A stretch of DNA of 15,343 nucleotides from Candidatus Geocrenenecus huangii. Its GTDB lineage: Archaea > Thermoproteota > Nitrososphaeria_A > Caldarchaeales > Wolframiiraptoraceae. Positions 7,136 through 15,343 of this stretch are shown piece after piece; within the stretch, counting starts at the first letter, position 1; each line of letters opens with the position of its first letter. The stretch lies in contig JALNLM010000022.1 of assembly GCA_023254095.1 (NCBI GenBank), positions 1 through 15,343 on the forward strand, given 5' to 3'. The position numbers and the translations under genes were made by a program. The notes beneath the pieces were generated by a model. The model worked only from the letters and a program-made list of their open reading frames with translations, did not search any database and had not been told where the DNA came from.

Positions 7136-9220
7136 CTAGTCTACTATCTCGTATATGTATACGTATGCGTAGCTGTAGTATGGCTCACTAGATTGATATA
7201 CCAGCTTAAAATGATTGAATGTTGAGGGCTGGTAAATATGGCCTGTTACTCCAGCTTGGATCTGTTGTGGTTTATATGGGATCAGTCTTCCTAGCAGTGT
7301 ATCTGTCCAGAATTTATCGGTGGGCCTATTGTTCTCGTCTAGATATTCGGATTCCGTAAAATTATATCCAACTTGATTAGCTATCCTTAGCATCCAGATC
7401 CATTTGGCTTCATCTCCGTATCCGAGTAGCATTGGTACATTTGTACCTCCTGTCGTGTAGACTGTATGAGTTATAAAGATCAAGACATGTGTTGCTTTGA
7501 GCTTCTTGAATACAGTATATGCTGTTTCCTCATCTGACATAAATGCATATGCTACTTCACCTATCTTAGTAGTATTCAACGTCGCGTTATCAACTATACT
7601 GGTATGATTCCCTAGAACGGTTATCCAGTATCCATAATCCCACCACGATACAACCACAGCATCGGAGGGAAGATTATCTCTCATCCAGCTTAGAGCTTTA
7701 AGCCAGTCAGGGATACTTGACCTAGCTGGGAGACTAGACGATACAACTGTTGGAGGAACATAGGCTGTATCTATAGGAGATATTGAGTATCTAACACCGT
7801 AGGTGGATGGAACAAGGCTAAACAATAGTAGACTACATACAAGGATAGGCGTAACAACATAGTATTCTATGCCTATCGTCTTCGCTTTCTCTCTTCTATG
7901 GTAAGTTATACTAATGTTTCGTGCTAGGCCTCTCAACATCTCCGATAAGCCAAAGGCAGCAACAATAACGACAGCAGGAGTAGCCAAGATCGTTAGTCTG
8001 GTCATAGTAGAGGCAAAATAAACAACGAAGACCGTTAATAAAATCATGAATATATCGACGTCCTCTCTCCTCTTGAATAGATAGTAGAAACCAGCTGGAA
8101 CCAGGAATAACTTGAATCCAGCATCAGAGAATATTATAGCCCATGTAGACACCTGGTTTTCTGCAACAGATATCACTATTGGTTGTATTGACCTTAAGGA
8201 TGGGATAATAGTGCTAAGAAACTTTAATCCTGGGAGCCCTAAGCTGCCTATCATGAGTAGTGAGCAGAAGGCGATTACGCCCCCGATCAATACGTAGTGT
8301 GGAAGATTCTTAAGGATTCGAGAATTGAAACTCGACAATTCGAAAGATAATAGATAGATGAAGACCGCTATCGAGACGACTATCGTTACTTCTCTTAGGA
8401 AACCTAATCCAAGCTTTGGAACCATTACAGCTATCAGGCCATATAGGAAAGCGGTAATAGAATATGATATGAGGAGCTTCCTCCTATATCTTCCGATGAA
8501 AGCTAGTATTCCAGTGAATATGGGTATGAAGGTTATAGGAAATCTAGAAGCCCCCCATGTTGCTGTAACGTATCCTAACGAGAGCCCCGCTATCACGGAG
8601 TAGATTATTACTCCTTTCAATGTTCTATCCTTCTTTATCGCTAGAATGTAAGCCAGGAATCCAAGCATCATAAACGGTATACTTATGCTTTCATCATCAA
8701 ACCATCCGAAGTGTGTTCTCTGAATACTCGCATTGCTTAAAGCTAATAAGAATGCGGATAAGAATCCTGCAGGTTTCCCTCCGACCTCTCTGCCGAGAAA
8801 GAATGCTATCAACGTAGTTACTATACCCATTAATGTTGGAAGGAATGCCGCCAGCTCTAATGGGTCAACTGTTAACCCGATACCGTTTAGTATGTGGTAA
8901 ATGAATGCAGCTAGAAAAGGTACCCCGGGGAAAGCTGTACGACCCACGTCTCTACCATCCGGATACCATGAATCGTAATCATGCCAATTAAAGAATTCTA
9001 TAAATCCTGACCAGCCTCTGTCAACTACATATTTCATCTCTTTATACTGCATCCACGGGTCGAATTCGCTTAGATAGAGCCCCCATCTTAATGGAAGAAC
9101 TCTGACGAAGAATGCTAACGCAAGTATCATGAGTAAGATCATCACTTCGAGGAAGATTATCTTACCGCCGAATATTTTCGAGGCGAGGTTTACGAATTCG
9201 GTTTTCCTAATCCTTTCCAT
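7136..9220 (-). CDS. aglB: Oligosaccharyltransferase AglB (STT3 family)
   Basis: Motifs EFDP, GWFDDE, SVAE, WWDYG, DNAT and DEAKWIWMLRIA (DK-type); multi-TM N-terminal domain; 694 aa. Confidence 0.96.
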   Translation of the reverse strand: MERIRKTEFVNLASKIFGGKIIFLEVMILLMILALAFFVRVLPLRWGLYLSEFDPWMQYKEMKYVVDRGWSGFIEFFNWHDYDSWYPDGRDVGRTAFPGVPFLAAFIYHILNGIGLTVDPLELAAFLPTLMGIVTTLIAFFLGREVGGKPAGFLSAFLLALSNASIQRTHFGWFDDESISIPFMMLGFLAYILAIKKDRTLKGVIIYSVIAGLSLGYVTATWGASRFPITFIPIFTGILAFIGRYRRKLLISYSITAFLYGLIAVMVPKLGLGFLREVTIVVSIAVFIYLLSFELSSFNSRILKNLPHYVLIGGVIAFCSLLMIGSLGLPGLKFLSTIIPSLRSIQPIVISVAENQVSTWAIIFSDAGFKLFLVPAGFYYLFKRREDVDIFMILLTVFVVYFASTMTRLTILATPAVVIVAAFGLSEMLRGLARNISITYHRREKAKTIGIEYYVVTPILVCSLLLFSLVPSTYGVRYSISPIDTAYVPPTVVSSSLPARSSIPDWLKALSWMRDNLPSDAVVVSWWDYGYWITVLGNHTSIVDNATLNTTKIGEVAYAFMSDEETAYTVFKKLKATHVLIFITHTVYTTGGTNVPMLLGYGDEAKWIWMLRIANQVGYNFTESEYLDENNRPTDKFWTDTLLGRLIPYKPQQIQAGVTGHIYQPSTFNHFKLVYQSSEPYYSYAYVYIYEIVD

Positions 9221-9244
9221 TCTGGAACAATCTTAGCAGTGGTC

Positions 9245-9290
9245 TATTTAAATTTGTCACCAGGGATTCTTAGATGAAAAATTAAGTAGT
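9245..9290. promoter_or_regulatory. Divergent TATA elements for aglB (minus) and the C/D sRNA (plus)
   Basis: TTTAAATA on the minus strand about 25-32 nt upstream of the aglB ATG. GAAAA plus ATTAAGTA (9276-9288) on the plus strand about 25 nt upstream of box C. Confidence 0.55.
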
Positions 9291-9308
9291 GTCCATGCTC
9301 TCTATATG

Positions 9309-9365
9309 TGGATGATGAAGCCGAACATCATCTGATTAGATGATGATGGATCAACCGTCTGAAAA
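9309..9365 (+). ncRNA. Box C/D methylation-guide sRNA
   Basis: Box C ATGATGA 9312-9318, 13-nt guide, box D' CTGA 9332-9335, box C' ATGATGA 9340-9346, 12-nt guide, box D CTGA 9359-9362. It is intergenic, and the D guide is complementary to the 16S rRNA 5' end (CGGUUGAUCC). Exact ends are approximate. Confidence 0.92.
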
Positions 9366-9534
9366 AATCTCCAAAACTTTCTGAAACTGATAAGTTAATA
9401 TTAATCTTAATCAAAATGGTTTTAGTCAGATATTCTGAAGACCACTACTCATTATCTACTTTTTAATCTATTCTGCATGTAGAGTATTAGGAGAACTAGG
9501 CATAATAATAATACTGCGAGAATGTAGGTTGTAT

Positions 9535-9972
9535 TCATTGTTCTTCTACCTGTCTCCTCTCATACTTACGAAGTCTTATGAGAATTATCAATAGTATTAT
9601 GACTGTGGTAACCATTATCGCCAGCATAGTTGAGTAAGTCTCGAATGGAAGATAGGTGTAAACGGTTAATGTTACTGTCTCGGTAATCGTCAACGAGATA
9701 GTTTTCGCAACTGTTACACTCTGGGTTTTAAATATCGATGAGAACTCAATCGAAGTCTGAATTACAGTAACGTATACTCTAATGGTCTTGGTATATGTCT
9801 CGGTAATCGGTACTCCGGTATACGTGTATATCGTTTCAGTGACCGTAGCCGTCTCTTCTAGGCCACTAGTGCGTTGAGTACCTACACCCAAAAAATTTAC
9901 ACCCACCGTTAAACAAATCAATAATAATATGGGGGCAATCTTTGAAACATTAACTTTCAATATCTCCATCAC
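9535..9972 (-). CDS. Thr-rich membrane-anchored surface protein (hypothetical)
   Basis: N-terminal signal-like hydrophobic stretch, alternating T-x-T-x core, C-terminal TM helix and basic tail. Start uncertain (9972, 9969 or TTG 9960). Confidence 0.75.
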   Translation of the reverse strand: MMEILKVNVSKIAPILLLICLTVGVNFLGVGTQRTSGLEETATVTETIYTYTGVPITETYTKTIRVYVTVIQTSIEFSSIFKTQSVTVAKTISLTITETVTLTVYTYLPFETYSTMLAIMVTTVIILLIILIRLRKYERRQVEEQ

Positions 9973-12319
9973 CCTGTATGGCTTCTCTAAATTTAATCTT
10001 CCACATTTTGTGGTAAATCAAGCCAATGTAAGATGCTATGAAGACTGAGGCTAATTGAAGAAGCTGAATCATCGGGCTTTCCACAGATGGTGCTAGAACC
10101 CACGTTACTTCAACTATCTTGTCTCCTAAGATATCTTCAACCCCATAAGGGTTCACAGCTTTAAACTTAAACCCAAGAAAACCTAACAATCCATCACAGA
10201 GATATTCCGGAGGCTCGACTCTCCAAGCAACCTTTGCACCCTTAGGGTATAACCCCTCACCTATGAATACCCCTCTCTCAGTATTCCCTTTTAACTGGAA
10301 ATATTCAATGAGATCATACTGCATACGGATAGTTAAGGGCCTATCAACGTAGAATGATTTCAATCCAGGCGTATCATATTCTATTTCACCAACTAAGCCT
10401 TTTACGAACAATATAGAAATGTCTTCATAATCTATCCTCTCCGGAAAATAACATACTAATGTTGTTTTCTCTGGAACCCATATTTCATCAAAATCTTCAT
10501 TGCTACTCCATCCGGTTAGGCTGGGTGGACCTAGGCATAATGGATATTTGGCACCCGATAAAGATACCGTGAAGACTCTTACTATGAAGTATCTATCTAG
10601 ACGTACCTCTATTTCTCCAGGAGAATCAACCATGAAGATGATCGTCTCATTATCTTTTATGAACTCATAGGTTAAGTCTGATCTAAGGCTTCCAAGCTCT
10701 ATTCTCTCTCCCACAGACGATGGAGATAGTAGGCTACCTAGGTGTAGTTTGTATGAGGTTCCTATCGGAACCCAATCTTCCCTCCGTAGGGTTTTGATAG
10801 AAGAATAACTAACTATTACATCTAGCTTCACTTCAGCATCGTAATATAGCTTAATGTACCCTGGCTTATCAACTACAACTACTACGTAATCATCTTCTAG
10901 CTCTGCTTTAAGGGATGATTCAAAGTTGCTTGGAACAAATCTAACATTATTTAAGACGTATTCTCGGAAAGGTATCTTAACTATCCCTCCTTTCTCGACC
11001 CAGTATTCTCCTACGGATTCATCCACGTATCGTAAGAGGCTATCGAGATAAATTTTTCTACTCGAAACCGTATCCGGTACTTTAACTTCCGAGTCAATTA
11101 TCATTTTACTGTATTCATGGTATTTATAGGTGATCGTGTAGGGGGCCTGAACTTTGAGGACTAAAAAATCGTTAAACGTTTCTCCATTCACATCTATTCC
11201 CGACAATACGTATTTCCTAGAAATGGATTCAAAGATTCTGGGAGCATTGGTGGAAAAACTTCCTCCCCTCTCAACCCATTCATCTTCTTCAATTATATTT
11301 AGGATTTCCTCATTCGGTTCAACTCTTGTCGAGACTAAGTAGAAGGTTGAATAACTAAATTGGAGAGTAATCGTCCAGCCCGGCTCAACGAATATTTCTC
11401 TAAGATTGTTCTCAGCAATGTACTTAGTCTTGTTGGATAATGTTATTTCATCTTCAATTATAACGAATATTGTTGATGGTTGATGTATTGACAACACTAT
11501 ATTATGCTCTCCTCCGCTGGAGATCACTCTCTCCAACACCGAGCCTTCTGGCAAGATGAGGGCCTGAACACTTACCTTAACATTTGAGGGTAGACCAACA
11601 ACAACTATCTTTACTATTGTAGGGATAGGAGTGACTGTTACTTTACAAGTTTTCGAATCCGAAATTATCCAAGTATTATTGGTTGGGTCGAAGTATTCTA
11701 TCAATGATGTTACTATAACATCTTTAGGCTCTGAAGGAGCTGTAATCTGTCTATACATAGGTATAGATCCATTCCCAGATAATTTCAATTCTATCATAGT
11801 TTCAGGCTGCTCATCTAAGAGAATTCTTACTCTAACCCTTGCTTCACCAAATACTACATAGTTGAATGAAAGGTTTAAGGGCATCTTCTCTCCCGTTGTT
11901 ACTATTGAGAGGCAAGTATAATTTGTAAAATAGAGTATGGGAGTATTAAATCGAGGCGAGACCGTTAACGTAATGTTTTCTTGTTCTAGAGTTGTCATGC
12001 CTCTCAGAAGACCTAGCGTTAACGTATAGTTTCCAGTGGGAGCGTCTATAGGTACTCTAAGAGCGAGATAAGAGATATAAGGAGTTCTTCCTTCTCTAAG
12101 AGATAAAGAATAGTTTAGCCAGACAGGTACTTGGAGTATGGTTAATCTTACATATTGATTCTTGATTTCTTCACCTACATATATCTTAATTATGATTTCT
12201 TCTCCAGGAGCTATTTTAACTATTTGAGGATATACTCTGATCCAATCTAGAGAATATCCGTTCTGGAGGAAAGATAGTAGAAATAGTGAAGCAGTTAATA
12301 TAATGAGTATCTTTCTCAT
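9950..12319 (-). CDS. Large secreted, C-terminally anchored beta-rich cell-surface glycoprotein (hypothetical)
   Basis: Signal peptide MRKILIILTASLFLLSF, V/I/Y/T-rich beta-type composition, nine N-x-S/T sequons and a C-terminal TM helix; 789 aa. Confidence 0.85.
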   Translation of the reverse strand: MRKILIILTASLFLLSFLQNGYSLDWIRVYPQIVKIAPGEEIIIKIYVGEEIKNQYVRLTILQVPVWLNYSLSLREGRTPYISYLALRVPIDAPTGNYTLTLGLLRGMTTLEQENITLTVSPRFNTPILYFTNYTCLSIVTTGEKMPLNLSFNYVVFGEARVRVRILLDEQPETMIELKLSGNGSIPMYRQITAPSEPKDVIVTSLIEYFDPTNNTWIISDSKTCKVTVTPIPTIVKIVVVGLPSNVKVSVQALILPEGSVLERVISSGGEHNIVLSIHQPSTIFVIIEDEITLSNKTKYIAENNLREIFVEPGWTITLQFSYSTFYLVSTRVEPNEEILNIIEEDEWVERGGSFSTNAPRIFESISRKYVLSGIDVNGETFNDFLVLKVQAPYTITYKYHEYSKMIIDSEVKVPDTVSSRKIYLDSLLRYVDESVGEYWVEKGGIVKIPFREYVLNNVRFVPSNFESSLKAELEDDYVVVVVDKPGYIKLYYDAEVKLDVIVSYSSIKTLRREDWVPIGTSYKLHLGSLLSPSSVGERIELGSLRSDLTYEFIKDNETIIFMVDSPGEIEVRLDRYFIVRVFTVSLSGAKYPLCLGPPSLTGWSSNEDFDEIWVPEKTTLVCYFPERIDYEDISILFVKGLVGEIEYDTPGLKSFYVDRPLTIRMQYDLIEYFQLKGNTERGVFIGEGLYPKGAKVAWRVEPPEYLCDGLLGFLGFKFKAVNPYGVEDILGDKIVEVTWVLAPSVESPMIQLLQLASVFIASYIGLIYHKMWKIKFREAIQGDGDIES

Positions 12320-12990
12320 GTTCGTATTCCCAAAATTTTCTCTCTACCATCTAAGACCCTACGGGAGCCTATCTTAGTATAGGCGAAAGTTTCACATATT
12401 TTCTCGACTAATATTTCCTTCACTGTCTCCATATCCACCTTCTTTCCTAGTAGTCTCTCCATAGACGTCATGATCTCCGGGCTTAACCCACATGGATTAA
12501 TCAACTTGAAATATTCTAGGTTTGTGTTAACGTTTAACGCAAACCCATGGTAGGTTACCCACCATCTCAAAGCTAAACCTATAGATGCTATCTTTTTGCT
12601 TCCAACCCATACTCCGGGATGACCAGCTACTCTACTGGCTTCGATGTTGAATTCCTTAAGAGTTGTTATCAATGCTTCTTCGATACTCCAGACGAAATCT
12701 TTTATAGAATTGTTGAAAAAGTTAAGGTCTACTATAAAGTATCCTACAAGCTGACCTGGACCATGATATGTTGCTTCCCCACCTCTTTCTACATGATATA
12801 CCGGAATACCTTTTATGTATTTATAGTGTTCCCTCATTCTTCTGCCAAGCGTGATTACGTGGGGATGTTCAAGTAGAAGCAACGTATCCGGGATCTTTCC
12901 TCCTACTCTATCTTCAACGAGCGAAAGCTGTAGCTTATGAGCCGCCTCGTATTCTGTTAAGCCTAGATCTAATACTTGGAGTTCTTTCAT
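12316..12990 (-). CDS. lipB: Lipoyl(octanoyl) transferase LipB
   Basis: Motifs EHPHVITLGR, RGGEATYHGPGQLVGY, KIASIG, HGFALNV and INPCG. ATG at 12990 follows the SD GGTGA; the ORF track starts at GTG 12996. Confidence 0.95.
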   Translation of the reverse strand: MKELQVLDLGLTEYEAAHKLQLSLVEDRVGGKIPDTLLLLEHPHVITLGRRMREHYKYIKGIPVYHVERGGEATYHGPGQLVGYFIVDLNFFNNSIKDFVWSIEEALITTLKEFNIEASRVAGHPGVWVGSKKIASIGLALRWWVTYHGFALNVNTNLEYFKLINPCGLSPEIMTSMERLLGKKVDMETVKEILVEKICETFAYTKIGSRRVLDGREKILGIRT

Positions 12991-12992
12991 GT

Positions 12993-14387
12993 TCACTTCA
13001 CCAACATGTGGATAGGCTTAAAGATTGCTGCTTCTGCGGCTTCACCGAATAATTCGGTGAAGGTTGGATGTGGATGGATCGCATCTGCCATCTGCTCAAT
13101 AGTTAATTTATTCTTGACCGCGAGGACTGCTTCTCCAATTATTTCTGTGGCCCTACTACCTACTATCTGGACGCCGAGGATCTTTCCCGACACCTCATCC
13201 GAAACAATCCTGATGAAGCCTTCAGTCTCTTCTTCTGCAATAGCTCTACCAAGTGAGGAATACGGGAACCTGGTTACTTTAACTTTGTATCCTTTCTTCT
13301 CCGCTTCATCCTTCGTCAACCCCACCGTGGCTATCTCAGGATCCGTAAATATTGCGGAGGGCACGGTGAATGGATCATATACTCTAACAAAACCACATAT
13401 ATTCTCTGCAGCGATTATTCCTTGCCTAGAAGCTTTATGGGCCATGAATGGGGGTCCAGTGACATCTCCGACAGCATACACGTTTCCTAGACTAGTTCTA
13501 CAATGTTCATCTATCTTAATAGATCCCTTATTATCCAGTTCAATGCCTATATTATCTACTCCCAGCTCTCTCACCAAAGGTCTCTTTCCTACTGCGATGA
13601 GGGCGAAATCCGAGATGTTCTCGATTGTTTCGTTCGGGGTCTCAATTACTGCTTTCACTTTATCGTCTTTAGCTTCTGCAGATACTACACGTGAGGAGAG
13701 ATGTATACTGACTCCGAGCTGCTTTAGTTTCCGCTCTAAGATTTTTGCTATATCTTTCTCCAACCCAGGTAATAGCTGATCCATTATCTCCACTATCGTT
13801 ATCCCTGTACCCATCTTAGCATACACTGTTCCTAGCTCTAGCCCGATTGCTCCTCCACCAACTATCAATAAAGTTGAGGGTACTTCCGGTAATTCGAGAG
13901 CTTCTTTAGCTCCTATTATCCTTTTGCCGTCATAAGCGATCTGTGGTAGAGAGATCGGTGATGCCCCTGAAGCAATTATAATGTTTTCACCATGTATCTC
14001 TCTGGAAGAACCATTTCTCTCTTTTACTCTAACACTCTTATCATCCTCCATTAATGCTGTGCCATGGTAGACTTTCACATTGTATCCTTTCAGAAGATAT
14101 TCAACACCTTCTCTAATTCTCCCGACTAGTTTTCTCCTCTTATCCTGCAGTATACTCCATTCGAATCCTGCATTCTTCAATAGACCTGATTTAGAAAGCT
14201 TATAGAATTGTTTGACGTTCTCAATAAGTATCTTTGAAGGTATACACCCATAGTTTAAACATTCTCCACCTACAAGGTCTCTCTCAATTAACGCAGTCTT
14301 TTTACCGTGTTGAGCGAGCCTAATAGCTGCAACATATCCTCCAGGCCCCCCGCCTATCACTATAGCATCATACTTCTCAGAAGACAT
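12993..14387 (-). CDS. lpdA: Dihydrolipoamide dehydrogenase (E3)
   Basis: FAD site GGGPGGY, redox disulfide GGECLNYGCIPSK, NAD site GGGAIGLE and C-terminal HPHPTFTE. Confidence 0.96.
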   Translation of the reverse strand: MSSEKYDAIVIGGGPGGYVAAIRLAQHGKKTALIERDLVGGECLNYGCIPSKILIENVKQFYKLSKSGLLKNAGFEWSILQDKRRKLVGRIREGVEYLLKGYNVKVYHGTALMEDDKSVRVKERNGSSREIHGENIIIASGASPISLPQIAYDGKRIIGAKEALELPEVPSTLLIVGGGAIGLELGTVYAKMGTGITIVEIMDQLLPGLEKDIAKILERKLKQLGVSIHLSSRVVSAEAKDDKVKAVIETPNETIENISDFALIAVGKRPLVRELGVDNIGIELDNKGSIKIDEHCRTSLGNVYAVGDVTGPPFMAHKASRQGIIAAENICGFVRVYDPFTVPSAIFTDPEIATVGLTKDEAEKKGYKVKVTRFPYSSLGRAIAEEETEGFIRIVSDEVSGKILGVQIVGSRATEIIGEAVLAVKNKLTIEQMADAIHPHPTFTELFGEAAEAAIFKPIHMLVK

Positions 14388-14391
14388 TTTC

Positions 14392-15285
14392 TCAACCCGT
14401 CCTATCGGTATTCTTACTTAAGATGGCTCTTAGAAAATATTCTGCGGCTAGATAAGAACTTCTTACTAGGGGGCCTGAAGCAACGTACACGAACCCCAAG
14501 TTTTCCCCTATTCTTCTCAGTTCTTCGAATTTTTCTGGCGGAACATATTCCTTGACTGGTAGATGCCTTTTAGACGGTCTGAGATATTGTCCGATAGTGA
14601 AGAAATCTACTTTGATTCTCCTTAAATCCATCATCGTTTGAATTACTTCTTCGATTGTTTCTCCTAAGCCTAGCATTAGAGAAGACTTTGTATAGATGTT
14701 AGGATCTAGCTCTTTCACAATCTTCAAAGTTCTGAGAGACTTATCGTATCCAGCTCTACTGTCTCTTATTAAGGGGGTCAGCCGCCTCACAGTTTCTACA
14801 TTATGGCCTATTACGTCAGGTCCAGCCTCCACAACTGTCTTCAATGCTTTAACATCATTGTTGAAGTCAGGGATCAACACCTCTATTAAGGTGTCATCAT
14901 TGATCTTCTTTATCTCTCTTATTGTTTCTGCGTATATTGATGCCCCCCCATCTTTTAAATCGTCCCTAGTTACAGAAGTTATAACGACATATTTCAAATC
15001 GAGTTCGGAGACTGCTTGAGCCACCCTCCTCGGTTCTTCTAAGTCTACGAAGCCTTTAGGGTTGCCAGATTTGACTGCGCAAAATCTACACGACCTGGTA
15101 CACGTGTCTCCAAGTATCAAGATCGTCGCTGTTCGGCATCCCCAGCATTCAGATATGTTTGGGCATAAAGCCTCTTCACATACTGTATTTAGATTATACT
15201 TCTTCATAATACTTCTTGTATGAGCATACCCTTCACTTGATGGAAGCTTTACTCTGATCCAACTAGGCTTAAGAGGGCCCGTCAT
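14392..15285 (-). CDS. lipA: Lipoyl synthase LipA (radical SAM)
   Basis: Auxiliary cluster motif CEEALCPNISEC, radical SAM motif CTRSCRFC, HNVETV, GQYLRP and RSSY. Confidence 0.97.
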   Translation of the reverse strand: MTGPLKPSWIRVKLPSSEGYAHTRSIMKKYNLNTVCEEALCPNISECWGCRTATILILGDTCTRSCRFCAVKSGNPKGFVDLEEPRRVAQAVSELDLKYVVITSVTRDDLKDGGASIYAETIREIKKINDDTLIEVLIPDFNNDVKALKTVVEAGPDVIGHNVETVRRLTPLIRDSRAGYDKSLRTLKIVKELDPNIYTKSSLMLGLGETIEEVIQTMMDLRRIKVDFFTIGQYLRPSKRHLPVKEYVPPEKFEELRRIGENLGFVYVASGPLVRSSYLAAEYFLRAILSKNTDRTG

Positions 15286-15308
15286 CTACACTCGTATAGA
15301 AATTCCAA

Positions 15309-15322
15309 ACTAAAAATTTTAC
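15309..15322 (-). promoter_or_regulatory. Putative BRE/TATA of the lipA operon (leaderless transcript)
   Basis: Minus strand reads GTAAAATTTTTAGT, 24-37 nt upstream of the lipA ATG. Confidence 0.45.
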
Positions 15323-15343
15323 AAGTCCTAACTCTTGGTAGGA

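Noticed and set aside
9366-9534. AT-rich spacer with the TTAATATTAA palindrome and extra CTGA words
   Set aside because: There is no second box C partner at proper spacing, and the palindrome is low complexity.
12976-13779. 267-aa plus-strand ORF and other short ORFs opposite aIF2alpha, PAC2, aglB, the surface protein, lipB, lpdA and lipA
   Set aside because: They mirror conserved genes on the other strand, with Ser/Ile/Phe-rich antisense composition and no family motifs.

Overview
This is an AT-rich archaeal chromosome segment. The CRISPR repeat type, the rps27e-aIF2alpha-nop10-PAC2 cluster, the eukaryote-like AglB and the TATA/SD signals point to a probably thermophilic TACK-lineage archaeon (inference). 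The window opens with the leader-proximal end of a CRISPR array: 13 identical 24-nt repeats and 12 spacers, transcribed on the minus strand, with no cas genes in view. Next come DUF72, a YbaK-type tRNA deacylase, a CDF metal transporter, an M50-like membrane protein overlapping a CPBP protease, the translation/H-ACA/proteasome-chaperone cluster and aglB. A minus-strand operon lipA-lpdA-lipB runs directly into two cell-surface protein genes. The strongest signal outside the ORF track is a canonical box C/D sRNA at about 9309-9365 whose D guide matches the conserved 5' end of archaeal 16S rRNA. A GC-rich hairpin at 5021-5069 sits where rpl44e would usually be.
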